This document shows positions 29,413 to 39,332 of a stretch of 64,000 nucleotides of DNA, in pieces. The stretch covers positions 6,356 to 70,355 of the IMG/VR virus record IMGVR_UViG_3300012001_000010; one strand, written 5' to 3'. The position numbers and the translations under genes were made by a program. How positions within the stretch are numbered: position 1 is the stretch's first letter; each line of letters starts with the position of its first letter. Below the pieces are notes generated by a model. The model was not told where the DNA came from and did no database searches. It was given only the letters and a program-made list of their open reading frames with translations. The DNA comes from a virus.

Positions 29413-30687
29413 ATGCCGTCTAATCCCTATGTGTTCAAAGAAGTTAACGACACGGAAAAGCCTCCAGTCCAGTCCCCTAAGATTGGCATGGCAGGAGCGG
29501 TCAATCCCACGGCGAATGTCGGTGTCGCCCGTCCGAAGCCAGTCGAGGATGATTCGCATCTCGCGCCTTGGGCGGCGGCACAGGTCCGACAAAACGGGGG
29601 TCGGCCTTCGGAATATCAGATGCTCGATCAGAAGACTCTGGCTCGTGCTCCCCAACAGGAAATTGCCACGACTCCGACCTCGGCGACATCTTCCGAGCCG
29701 GGCCAATTGAGTCCGTGGGCGGGCGACCTCGCGAAATCCAAGGATGTCGACCCTTCCGCCTTCAAGATGATTAACGGGGCGATGGCCGACGCCAATACTC
29801 CGGTCCCGACCTCGACCGCGAAACCTCTTCCGAGGATCGGCGTGGGTTCAGTTCCCCAGGGCGGTGACGAGCCAGTTCGATCGGCGACCCAATCGACGTT
29901 ACCCGCTAAAGTCGGGGTTGAGCCGACCGCCCAACTCAGGCCGCAAGGGGAATCAGACCCATTGCGTGAAGCCTTGATGAATGATTTTCATAATCACACC
30001 TACTGGCTAGGTCGAGAATCCAGGAATCCCGGCACTTTAGAAGGCAACGGTAGCAGCTTGGCCGCGACGAAACAGGGTCAATTCGACGCAATCGCTCGGC
30101 TCCAAGCATACGATCACCAGAAGGCGGCGTTGGCCGGACTTGATCCAAGTAAGATTCGCAAAAATATAGAGGAGATCATGGCGAGTCCAGCCGCCCGAGC
30201 CGCTTATTTCGCTGGAAAGGGGATGCCAGACCCAGGCCCCACGCCTAACCCGACCGGGCCGGTCGACATCAATAATTACGACCGAACAGTCTCGTCGCCC
30301 GAGAACGCCGGGATCAAGGGGTTGTTCGACAATAAAGACCTCGACCTCCATGCGATCCTGTCGCAAGCCGCAGGTCTTAATGGCATCGCCGATCCCGGAC
30401 ACGTCAATCACCAGTTGATGCAGCAGGGAATTAATCGGCGCTGGCCCGAACAGAAGCAGTGGGACGAGGAGACTTACGTCCCGCCCAACCCCGATGGTGG
30501 TCAATTGAACGGGAATGCGGTTCTCAGGGGACTTAAAAGGTTCGGCGGGGTCGGCCACGCGGCGGTCGAGTCGCTATTCGGTGACACGTCGGCGGGAACC
30601 GGTCTCCATTGGCGCGAGAATTACGCCAATCGCACGAAGCAGCGCGATCTCTTGTCGCGATACGGATTCCACGGTCCCGTCAAGTAA
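29413..30687 (+). CDS. Putative internal virion protein (Pro-rich, disordered)
   Basis: 424 aa; LAPWA/LSPWA repeats; GGGAG RBS. Confidence 0.55.
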   Translation: MPSNPYVFKEVNDTEKPPVQSPKIGMAGAVNPTANVGVARPKPVEDDSHLAPWAAAQVRQNGGRPSEYQMLDQKTLARAPQQEIATTPTSATSSEPGQLSPWAGDLAKSKDVDPSAFKMINGAMADANTPVPTSTAKPLPRIGVGSVPQGGDEPVRSATQSTLPAKVGVEPTAQLRPQGESDPLREALMNDFHNHTYWLGRESRNPGTLEGNGSSLAATKQGQFDAIARLQAYDHQKAALAGLDPSKIRKNIEEIMASPAARAAYFAGKGMPDPGPTPNPTGPVDINNYDRTVSSPENAGIKGLFDNKDLDLHAILSQAAGLNGIADPGHVNHQLMQQGINRRWPEQKQWDEETYVPPNPDGGQLNGNAVLRGLKRFGGVGHAAVESLFGDTSAGTGLHWRENYANRTKQRDLLSRYGFHGPVK

Positions 30688-30719
30688 TATTCAACCTCTA
30701 TCAGTAGGGAGCTTATGCG

Positions 30720-31316
30720 ATGTTTCCCCCGAAGAAGCCAGCCGGTCCCAGTGGACCCCCAGACCCGTTCGGCCCCCCTCTCGGTGGCCCTCTCGGTGGT
30801 GCCCCGCCTATGGGTGGACCTCCCGACCCGTTCGGCGGCGGTGGCCCACCGATGGGACCGCCTCCCGGTCAAGGCATGGACCCGATGCAGGCTATGATGG
30901 GAGGTCTCGGTGGACCGCCAGACCCGATGGGTGGCGGCGGCATGCCGCAAGGCCCCCCGGTCGGACCTGATGGTTTGCCGGTTGGCGGCTCGATGCCCCC
31001 GATGGACGGCGACGGCGATTCGGACCCGACGATGGGTGGTTCCGATCTCCTCCAGGCGCTTCAGCAATCCATGTCGGGCGGCGGTGGAGGCGACCCCGGC
31101 GACCCCTACGGAGTCGGGCCGATGCAACCCGGCCAAGGGTTTGAGGGCATGGGGACCGGCGACCCAAACATGGGGATCGAACAACTTCTCCAGATGATCG
31201 CAATGGGCCGAATGGGTGTCGGCGGCGGTCCTGGTGGACCTGGACCCGGAAGTCTAGTTGACCCGAGCCAGGGCGGTCAAATGGGCGGAATGGTCGGTAT
31301 GGGCGGCGGTTACTAA
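30720..31316 (+). CDS. Gly/Pro/Met-rich low-complexity protein
   Basis: GGPP/PMGG repeats; AGGGAG RBS. Confidence 0.6.
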   Translation: MFPPKKPAGPSGPPDPFGPPLGGPLGGAPPMGGPPDPFGGGGPPMGPPPGQGMDPMQAMMGGLGGPPDPMGGGGMPQGPPVGPDGLPVGGSMPPMDGDGDSDPTMGGSDLLQALQQSMSGGGGGDPGDPYGVGPMQPGQGFEGMGTGDPNMGIEQLLQMIAMGRMGVGGGPGGPGPGSLVDPSQGGQMGGMVGMGGGY

Positions 31317-31352
31317 GTCACGATCGAGCACTTTATTCAAGAGGATCATCCA

Positions 31353-31673
31353 ATGGGCGTCATTACCCAGCGTCTCCGAAATTGCCTCAAAGTCGCGCTC
31401 GGCAACCCCGGCGCGGAAGCCGAGATCGAGTCGGTCCTGAATACCGTCTTAACTCCTGTAGCGGATATCGACCCGATTACGGGCGGCAAAACCCCGGTCG
31501 TGCCCGTCGTCGTGACCTATACGGCGAGTCCCCCTCCTGCCGCGACCGACGCTATGACGATCGCGGCAGGTGCGACCCCGACTAACGTCGAACTGCTTAA
31601 TTTTTGCGTCAATCTCCAGGCGAACGTCGCCTCGCTCCAAGCGGTCCTTCATGCTTCGGGGATCACCACGTAA
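31353..31673 (+). CDS. Small virion protein (head fiber-like)
   Basis: GAGGA RBS; C-terminal VASLQAVLHASGI helix. Confidence 0.5.
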   Translation: MGVITQRLRNCLKVALGNPGAEAEIESVLNTVLTPVADIDPITGGKTPVVPVVVTYTASPPPAATDAMTIAAGATPTNVELLNFCVNLQANVASLQAVLHASGITT

Positions 31674-31694
31674 TCCGCAGAAAGGGGCCGGTCG

Positions 31695-33974
31695 ATGGGC
31701 GATCTATGGAGTTCCACTCTCGACACGATTGGCCAGGTCGGCGACGGGATCGACAAGTTCACTGGCGGGCGTGCCCTTCGGGGATTGGTCGGGGGGAAGG
31801 GCAGGGAAGCCCTCTCGATCCTTCCGTTCTCCGATACACTCGGCATCACGGACGCCAAGGATAAGACGAGCGGCAGAGACCTTACGGATAAATACGGATT
31901 GACGAGCAAGGGTGACAACTCGTTCGGCTCGCACGCGGCGGGATTCTTGGCCGATAACATCCTTTCGCCTGGAAACATGCTCGGGGCTTACGGTGCGTTC
32001 AAGGCGGCTCCTACTATCGCTAAGGGTCTCAAGAGTGGTGCCAAGGCTCTCACTGGACTCGACCTCTTGGATCACGTCCGCTCTGGCGGGAAGGCGATCG
32101 GCGGGATGTTCTCAAAGAAGGCCGATAATATCCTTGATTCTAGGCTGTCATCTCTGAATCCCGTGAGCGAATCGAGGCTGGATTCTCGATTGAATTCCCT
32201 GAAACAGCCGCCCGATAATCCGCTCAACTTACACTCATCGCTGGCGGATAAGGTTGAGACTGGCTTCAAACACCCCGATTTCGATGTCGCTAAAAATAAC
32301 GCCGATATGGCGATATCGAATGCGGCCGACGGACTCGGATATACCGACCAAGATAAATCCTTGGCGTTAAAATTCTTCCGTCATCCCGATCTAAACGGTT
32401 CCGCCGATCCACTTTCACTCGCTGACCGTTTCGGCACTGACTTAAGAAACGGAGTGGAAAGCGCATCGCAATACAGGGGCAATCCATCCAACGAAATTAA
32501 TGAAGCTCTCCGTAATTTCGGCGGAAATCTAGACCCGATGATCTCGAAGATCAGGAACACCAATGATTACAACACCATCGAACATTCTGCCATGATGAAC
32601 GTCGATATTCCGAAGGTTAATCCCGATTTCGTCGCCGATCCGACGTTGATGCAAAGGTTCACGGAAGCTCATCCGCATGAAACTCCCGATAGTTTTATCA
32701 GCAATAACAGTCAATTCAAGAAATACCTTCCTGATGAATTCAAGAAGATTTTCGGTGAAAGGTCGGATGATTACCTCGGCCACTTCAGAGCCGTCGCCGC
32801 CCGGAATGCTTACGAGACTTCCGATGCGTTCGCGAACAAGAATTCGACGCTGAGGTCAATAAGCGGGCTGATGGATTTATTGGACCACAGCCGTACCCCT
32901 CGTCCTATGGAACTCTACCGTGGGGTCGCGGTTGACGGCCTCAAGAAGATCGAGGATATGATCGGTGTCCCGCTGTCGAGTCCCGAGGCGATCGGACGAG
33001 AATTCACCGACAATGGATTCCTTTCGACTTCTATGGATAAAAATGTATCAAATATGTTCGCTCATTTAACGCCAACATTCAAAGGTCATGCCTCTGGTGC
33101 TGTATTCCATTTCCCGGACGTTCCCGAGGGTAAATCGGCTTCATATATGAACCCAATGGAGCGGGAAATTTTATTTCCTCCGGGTCGCAAGATCAAGATC
33201 GACGACAATTCCGACTATCCGAACAGCATCAGGGCTACACTGGCGACCATGCTTCCTCCAGGGACGGCACCACCGAAGCCTGGTAATACTATTTCATCGC
33301 TATATGATGAATTCCTGAAGAGGCCGGGCCATGAGTCGGAGCCGTGGTTCCACGCAGTCAAGGAAGCCGAACGCGAGGGCGTTGAGGCTATACCTGTCCC
33401 TGGTAAAACTTGGTCGGACAAGCACTTTAACGCTTACGATATTGCCCATTATCAGCCGGGCTTTCAGCAAAATTTCATCCGTCTAAATGCCGATCTCCGC
33501 ACACCCGAGGGATCGCCTTGGCTCAACCCGAATGCGATGTGGCTTATGCTTAATGATCGTTTTAGTTCTAAAATTTCCAGCAGTTCGCATCCTCTGGCGA
33601 TCATTGATCACGAATTAGGCCATGCCTTCCACTATCAGTCTGTTGGCGATGATACGTGGAGGAAGCTCAAACAGATGGGGCAGTTCGACGGCAAGGAGAA
33701 TCGCCTCGTCACGAATCGCGTGAGCGAATACGCCAAGACGAATCCGCTAGAGTTCGTGGCCGAGACTTACGCGGGCCTCAAGGGCGGCAAGGATTACCGC
33801 GATGCGCCTAACGTCGGTAAGTGGTTCCGCAATTATGCGGGCACTCCGTTCCTGGACAGGATATCCAATTCGGGACTCGGCAAAGGTCTAGGTCTCTCGC
33901 TTCTCGGCGCTTATGGTTACGGTTCCATGAATTCACAACCGGAGGCGTCCAATGAACAGCGACCCGTTCTCTAA
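31695..33974 (+). CDS. Polyvalent protein: virion-type N-domain + R-S-E ADP-ribosyltransferase + HExxH zincin-like domain
   Basis: LYRGV / FTDNGFLSTS / EREILF ART motifs; HELGH...SEYAKTNPLEFVAE. Confidence 0.8.
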   Translation: MGDLWSSTLDTIGQVGDGIDKFTGGRALRGLVGGKGREALSILPFSDTLGITDAKDKTSGRDLTDKYGLTSKGDNSFGSHAAGFLADNILSPGNMLGAYGAFKAAPTIAKGLKSGAKALTGLDLLDHVRSGGKAIGGMFSKKADNILDSRLSSLNPVSESRLDSRLNSLKQPPDNPLNLHSSLADKVETGFKHPDFDVAKNNADMAISNAADGLGYTDQDKSLALKFFRHPDLNGSADPLSLADRFGTDLRNGVESASQYRGNPSNEINEALRNFGGNLDPMISKIRNTNDYNTIEHSAMMNVDIPKVNPDFVADPTLMQRFTEAHPHETPDSFISNNSQFKKYLPDEFKKIFGERSDDYLGHFRAVAARNAYETSDAFANKNSTLRSISGLMDLLDHSRTPRPMELYRGVAVDGLKKIEDMIGVPLSSPEAIGREFTDNGFLSTSMDKNVSNMFAHLTPTFKGHASGAVFHFPDVPEGKSASYMNPMEREILFPPGRKIKIDDNSDYPNSIRATLATMLPPGTAPPKPGNTISSLYDEFLKRPGHESEPWFHAVKEAEREGVEAIPVPGKTWSDKHFNAYDIAHYQPGFQQNFIRLNADLRTPEGSPWLNPNAMWLMLNDRFSSKISSSSHPLAIIDHELGHAFHYQSVGDDTWRKLKQMGQFDGKENRLVTNRVSEYAKTNPLEFVAETYAGLKGGKDYRDAPNVGKWFRNYAGTPFLDRISNSGLGKGLGLSLLGAYGYGSMNSQPEASNEQRPVL

Positions 33975-36900
33975 CAGTGGACTTAGCGATCCATTTTCGT
34001 CACGAGACCCGTTTTCGAGCGGCGACTTGTTCGGCGGCTCCGGCCGTCCCCAGCGTGCCGCTTTCCGCAAGCCTTTAGCCGATGATGAGTCGGAATCGTT
34101 CGCGAAGAAGGCGCTCAATACCGGGGCGAGCGGTCTACAATATGTCCTCGGTACTCTCGATAAGCCGGGGCAGGCGGTTCGCGGCGTGCTCGCTGGCAAG
34201 GGTGTTTCGGCACTAAAACATCTCGTGCCGTTCGCCGACACGGCGGGACTCGTGACCGACGCCGACCACACGAGCGGGCGTGACCTCACGAATAAGTATG
34301 GGTTGACCCAAAAGAACGACAAAGGTTGGGGGGCATGGGGACTCGGGCTTGGGGCCGACCTCCTGACCGACCCGCTCTCTTACACGACGCTCGGTGCGAC
34401 GCATGCTCTAACAGGGATGGGCAAAGGACTCCAAAAGACGGGCGCTCTGAAAGGGTGGAGCCGCAAGGCGATGCTCGAAGGGTTTGACGGCACGGAATCC
34501 GCGATGAGGGCGGCTGGCGGGACGACGGAGAGCATCGCCCACATGGTCAATCAGGGCAAGAGGATCGCCACGCCCGAGATGGAAGCGGCCGGTGCGGTCG
34601 CGGGCAAGCCGATGTCGAGCCTCGCCAGGATCGGCGTCCCGTTCGGTGGCCCGAGCGTCAATGTTGGGACGGGTCCGTTCGCCCAGAGGGTCGCCGGGAA
34701 GATGGACGCGATCGGCGACAAGCTCAAGTTCGGCAACGCGATCGGCCGCACGCTCAATGCGAACTTCGACCACTCGGTCGGCGGTGCCGTCGATGAGATT
34801 ACACAGAAGGGATGGAAGAAGTACGGACAGCCAACCCTTGAAGCTGCCAAGGCGACCGGGAGGGACGACGCATTCCAGGTTCTCCAGCATCTCGATCCGC
34901 TCATCTCGTCCGGTAATCATTCCGAGTCGGTCGTGACGAATGCCGCCAGGGCGGCGGCGGAAGGCGTCCCGCATAACTTCGACCCGGCCCTGATCGCCTC
35001 GCTCGACCCGCTCACGCAACACATCGGCGCGACGAGAACCCGCCAGTTGGCGACGGAGCAAGCGGCCGGTCTGCCGATCAGTGGCCTAGGCGACGACTAC
35101 GCCAAGTACGTCCATCGCCAGGCGATTGACGCCAGCCACCAAAGTCTCCAGTTGGGCGGGAAGTGGGACAAGTCGAAGAATCTCTACCCGGTCAAGAGCG
35201 GCGCGAATATTCAGCGCGATCCCGTCCTCTCGAATATCCCAGGCGGCACGAATCGCATCAATGATTGGTTCGAGCGGCTCGCGGGAGAGAAGCCTACCGT
35301 CACGCTCCCGCAAGTTAGGAGCGACCTCGAACGAGACTTACTCCAGAGCGGCAAGCCTATGACTCCCGAACTCCACAAGGCGTTCGACGATAAAGCGGTC
35401 GAGGTTGCCGAGCGGCTCAAGGTCGCCAATCCTCGATACAAGACGACGTTGAATCCCAACGGCGATCCCGTGCCCGGTATCCCGTTCTTCACGCCGGACC
35501 TCGCGGGTGACTTGAGCCAGCGCGGTGCCCAACACGCCAGGACTCTCGCCTCGGCGAAGGCGGCGGTCGGGACCATCGGGGACGCCGCGAAGCCGTTCGT
35601 GAACGACGGGACGATGACCAGCCTACCCGACTTGCTCAAGAGGATCGGGCTTAAGACTCAGAGATCGGGACTCGGCGGTGCCGGTGTCGATGCTCAGGGG
35701 GCGCTCGTCGAGATGCAAAAGTCTCTTGCGCAGCACGGTGCCGGGCCGGTCGATGCCTTCCTCCAGAATCCGACCAATGTGGCGCTCCGCAAGCAAGTCG
35801 GCAAGTACGGAGTCCTTAACGAGCATGCCGAGCAGATCGCCAAGGCGTATGCGGGATGGAAGGCCCCTGAGCAGATTAAGGCCCCGCTTAAGTTCGTGGA
35901 CAGTTTCACGAATGCGTTTAAGGCGCTCGCGTATCCGATCTGGATTCCGTCGCACGTTCGGAACGCGATGACGGCTGGCGTCAATAACACAAGGCGTGGT
36001 GTTGGTCCGGGCGACTATCTCGACCAACTCAAGGTCATGACGGGACGGGGCGGTCGCGACCTTGGCGCGGTCAGTCCGGCGTTCAAGGCGCTCCCGGAAG
36101 CCGAGAGGATCAACGCGATCCGTCGCCAGCAATACGGGTCGGCCAACCTGTACGGCGGTCATGGGATGAACGACGACATCTCTAAGGACGTAACCGAGGC
36201 GTTGTCGCGTCCCAATGGTCGGTTCACGCCGAACATCCCAGGCTCGGATCGGGCGGGGCCTCACGGCAATGTCGCCACTGATACCGCTGATCTCGTGCTT
36301 AAGCAGGGACTACTTGGCTCGTTCAAGGGGGCCGGGAACGCGGCTAAGGATTCGATCATGGGCCTGTTCGATAAGAACAGGACGTGGGGCCAAGGGGTCG
36401 GAGAGAACCTTGGCATCAAGGGCGTCGGCGGCGCGGCCAGGGACGTGAATCCCGCCGTGAAGGCGGGTCGAGTCGCGGGCACGAACATCGAGGATTTCTT
36501 CCGTGGTGCCCAGTGGCTCCGCGAGGTTAAGAATGGCGCGACACCCGAGATGGCGGCTGGACAGGTCAACAAGCTCCACTTCGACTATGACGCCCTCGCC
36601 CCGTTCGAGAAGAACGTGATGCGGCGTGTCGTGCCATTCTACACTTTCGCTCGGCGTAACTTACCGCTCCAAATGGAGACGGTGATGCACACGCCTGGGG
36701 TCGTGAACGCCCAATACAAGCCGTTCTATCAGAAGGGGCCGGACGATAAGGGGTACACTCCCCAGTACCTCGCGAACGGCGTGGCGATCCCGACCGGGCC
36801 GGAAGTGGACGGTAAGAGGCAGTATGTCAGTAAGCTTGGCCTGCCCGCCGAGGAGGCGTTCGGCAATTTCAAATTCAAGAACGGCATGCCTGATATCGGC

Positions 36901-37416
36901 GCGACCGCGATGAGCTTCATGGGCCAGATGAACCCGCTCATCAAGGGGCCGATGGAGCAGTTATTCGACCGCCAGTTCCACACGGGCCGCAAACTCAGCG
37001 ACCTCCACGCGACCGGGACGGCCGGTGCGATCGGCAAGATGTTCGGCGACGACAATCCGCAGCTTATCAGTCAGATTCTCGCGAACACGCCCGCAACTCG
37101 GTTCGCCTCGACGGCCGATAAGCTCCTCGATAGTCGCAAGGGTTGGTTGCCGAAGGCAGCGAACCTTCTATCGGGCGTTAAGGTGACGGACGTTGACGTG
37201 GACAAGCAGCGGGCGATAGAGCTACGCAACGCGGTCGAGGACATGATGAAGGGTCACTCAAACCTCTCGAAATACTCGAACTTCTACGTTAAGCCCGAGG
37301 ATGTGGCCGACTTGACGCCCGAAGAAATCCAGATGATGAGGATGTACAGCGGTATCCAGGATAAGGCCAAGGCTTACGCCAAAGATAAGCGGGAGCGGAT
37401 CGGCGTCAAACCTTAA
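33952..37416 (+). CDS. Large internal virion/ejection protein
   Basis: 1154 aa, last gene of the late operon; HVRNA, HFDY...FEKNVMRRVVPFYTFARRNLP, NPLIKGPME motifs. Confidence 0.7.
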   Translation: MNSDPFSNSGLSDPFSSRDPFSSGDLFGGSGRPQRAAFRKPLADDESESFAKKALNTGASGLQYVLGTLDKPGQAVRGVLAGKGVSALKHLVPFADTAGLVTDADHTSGRDLTNKYGLTQKNDKGWGAWGLGLGADLLTDPLSYTTLGATHALTGMGKGLQKTGALKGWSRKAMLEGFDGTESAMRAAGGTTESIAHMVNQGKRIATPEMEAAGAVAGKPMSSLARIGVPFGGPSVNVGTGPFAQRVAGKMDAIGDKLKFGNAIGRTLNANFDHSVGGAVDEITQKGWKKYGQPTLEAAKATGRDDAFQVLQHLDPLISSGNHSESVVTNAARAAAEGVPHNFDPALIASLDPLTQHIGATRTRQLATEQAAGLPISGLGDDYAKYVHRQAIDASHQSLQLGGKWDKSKNLYPVKSGANIQRDPVLSNIPGGTNRINDWFERLAGEKPTVTLPQVRSDLERDLLQSGKPMTPELHKAFDDKAVEVAERLKVANPRYKTTLNPNGDPVPGIPFFTPDLAGDLSQRGAQHARTLASAKAAVGTIGDAAKPFVNDGTMTSLPDLLKRIGLKTQRSGLGGAGVDAQGALVEMQKSLAQHGAGPVDAFLQNPTNVALRKQVGKYGVLNEHAEQIAKAYAGWKAPEQIKAPLKFVDSFTNAFKALAYPIWIPSHVRNAMTAGVNNTRRGVGPGDYLDQLKVMTGRGGRDLGAVSPAFKALPEAERINAIRRQQYGSANLYGGHGMNDDISKDVTEALSRPNGRFTPNIPGSDRAGPHGNVATDTADLVLKQGLLGSFKGAGNAAKDSIMGLFDKNRTWGQGVGENLGIKGVGGAARDVNPAVKAGRVAGTNIEDFFRGAQWLREVKNGATPEMAAGQVNKLHFDYDALAPFEKNVMRRVVPFYTFARRNLPLQMETVMHTPGVVNAQYKPFYQKGPDDKGYTPQYLANGVAIPTGPEVDGKRQYVSKLGLPAEEAFGNFKFKNGMPDIGATAMSFMGQMNPLIKGPMEQLFDRQFHTGRKLSDLHATGTAGAIGKMFGDDNPQLISQILANTPATRFASTADKLLDSRKGWLPKAANLLSGVKVTDVDVDKQRAIELRNAVEDMMKGHSNLSKYSNFYVKPEDVADLTPEEIQMMRMYSGIQDKAKAYAKDKRERIGVKP

Positions 37417-37424
37417 GGCCCCTC

Positions 37425-37457
37425 AAAAGGCAAAGCTCATTATGATCTTTGCCTTTT
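37425..37457 (+). repeat. 33-bp palindromic repeat, copy 5 (one C>T variant)
   Basis: AAAAGGCAAAGCTCATTATGATCTTTGCCTTTT between convergent genes. Confidence 0.95.
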
Positions 37458-37677
37458 AGTTCCTCTCTTCGGTCTCTTTCGCCTTGTCGTGACAGAAGTC
37501 GGCACAAAGCTGAGCGAGTGCCTCGACTTCATTGAATATCATCGAGGCTTCGACGGTGTTCAGGATCACGTACATAGCTTTAAGCTCCGCGTCGTCCAAG
37601 AATCTCTTTTGACTCGTCAGATAGTCTTTCGCGGCGTCCATCGCCGAGACCAGCCGCCGTCGCTGGATCGCATTCAT
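37456..37677 (-). CDS. Small helical hypothetical protein
   Basis: AAGGA RBS; 73 aa; divergent from the xis-like gene. Confidence 0.55.
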   Translation of the reverse strand: MNAIQRRRLVSAMDAAKDYLTSQKRFLDDAELKAMYVILNTVEASMIFNEVEALAQLCADFCHDKAKETEERN

Positions 37678-37766
37678 GAATCCGTCCTTGTTAATTTAAG
37701 TCTGAGACCTAAAGAACGTCTCACGAGGATACCATGCCGAGTCTCTTGCAACAAGTTGATGAACAA

Positions 37767-37952
37767 ATGAGCAACGTGACCGTGATCGAGAAGGCATTCT
37801 ACACGATACCCGAGCTTATGGCCCGATGGTCTGTCGGGAGATCGACGATCTATCGCGAGATAGGACGCGGTGCGATCAAGCGTAAGCACGTCGCTGGAAC
37901 AGTTCGTATCGCTGCGGAAGACGTTAAGGCTTACGAGAATGCGATGAGTTGA
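37767..37952 (+). CDS. Excisionase-like HTH protein
   Basis: FYTIPELMARWSVGRSTIYREIGRGAI...VRIAAEDV, directly upstream of the integrase. Confidence 0.8.
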   Translation: MSNVTVIEKAFYTIPELMARWSVGRSTIYREIGRGAIKRKHVAGTVRIAAEDVKAYENAMS

Positions 37953-38033
37953 TTTTTATAAACATCCTTGCTTTATTGACACATCGAAACCAAGATAGCC
38001 TACCTTGTTACTCTAAAAACGAGGGAGGCTATC

Positions 38034-39332
38034 TTGGCGTTCATCTACTCGAAGAAAGACCCGAGTTCCGGGCAATCGCGATGGTATGCGAGGCTTAAGG
38101 TAGGCGGCAAGCTGGAGACGATCAGCTTGAGGCTCGTCGAGGACGGCAACAAGAGACTCGCTGAACGTCGCGCCCAGAAGCTCCAGTTCGAGGCTGACGC
38201 GGGCAGTCTATCCGAAGAGACGAGGATTTGGCTAGGCACTTCCGCCGTCCGGCTCTCGACGCTCGTCGCCAGGTCGTCCGCAGAGATCAAGACGGACGCA
38301 GTGGGCGTCGAGGGTTGGCTCGCCGCTTTCGATTCCCACTTGAAAGCGATGGAGACCAAAGACACAAAGCGTCACGTCCCCGGCAAGGCCGCGAAAGACG
38401 AGGAGTATACACTCATACAGAGGATGATGACCCTCCGTCGATTCGTGCGGTGGACTGAGGATAACAAGATCAAGTTCCACGCCGCGACGTTCACGGACAC
38501 GATGATTGATTTCCTCCGATGGCGCGGTACGACCGTAGGCCCTGGGACGCTCTGGACAAAGGATTATTCTTACCTTTGCAGCTGGGGGGACTGGATGGCG
38601 AAGCGCGGCCTCTGCGAGCGTCCCAACAGGGATCGAGTCAAAGAGAGCCTCCCCCAGAAGATCGCCCCCAATATTAAGCTGATCGGTTGGCGTGAAGACC
38701 TAGAATCGCTCCGATATTTCCGTGACAACCGCATCAAGTCCTGGAAGGGCAGGAATCATCACGCGGGCCGGGGGTGGTTCTCACTCTGGTCATTGGTCGC
38801 CATCGTCCGTGGGACCGGATGCCGCCCGAGCGAGGCGACACGATTGACGTGGCAGACGGTCGACCTCGAAGGCGGCAAGATCAGGTTCCTCAAGTCTAAG
38901 ACAGGTGGCAACCGGACGGTCCCTATCTTGTATCAATGGTTGCATGATGCGATGGTCGAGATTCGCGATTTGACGGGCGACACTGGCCCTGTCTGTAAGA
39001 CGGTCTACGGAACTCCTTTCCTGAAGCTGGCCAGCGCATGCGCGCTGATGAATCGTTTTTCGTCGAAGTGCGGCCGAACTACCTATCATCTCAAGATGGC
39101 GCAAAAGCTCCAGCTTAACCATTTGATCCGCATGGGATTCCCGCCCCACGTTATCTCGAAATGGAGCGACCATTCGCTGTCGATGCAGGAGCGGCATTAC
39201 ATGGAGGAGCAGGCATATTTCCCGCCAGACGCCGCCGAGGATTACGAGGAATTCGGCGTGCTCACGCCCTTCGGCCAGAAGGTTAAGGATCACCTTTCCG
39301 GCTTCTCCAAGGACTTAGACACGGCCCACTAG
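38034..39332 (+). CDS. int: Tyrosine recombinase / integrase
   Basis: TGCRPSEA, KSKTG, HLK, DH, HY catalytic pattern; TTG start with GGGAGG RBS. Confidence 0.88.
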   Translation: MAFIYSKKDPSSGQSRWYARLKVGGKLETISLRLVEDGNKRLAERRAQKLQFEADAGSLSEETRIWLGTSAVRLSTLVARSSAEIKTDAVGVEGWLAAFDSHLKAMETKDTKRHVPGKAAKDEEYTLIQRMMTLRRFVRWTEDNKIKFHAATFTDTMIDFLRWRGTTVGPGTLWTKDYSYLCSWGDWMAKRGLCERPNRDRVKESLPQKIAPNIKLIGWREDLESLRYFRDNRIKSWKGRNHHAGRGWFSLWSLVAIVRGTGCRPSEATRLTWQTVDLEGGKIRFLKSKTGGNRTVPILYQWLHDAMVEIRDLTGDTGPVCKTVYGTPFLKLASACALMNRFSSKCGRTTYHLKMAQKLQLNHLIRMGFPPHVISKWSDHSLSMQERHYMEEQAYFPPDAAEDYEEFGVLTPFGQKVKDHLSGFSKDLDTAH

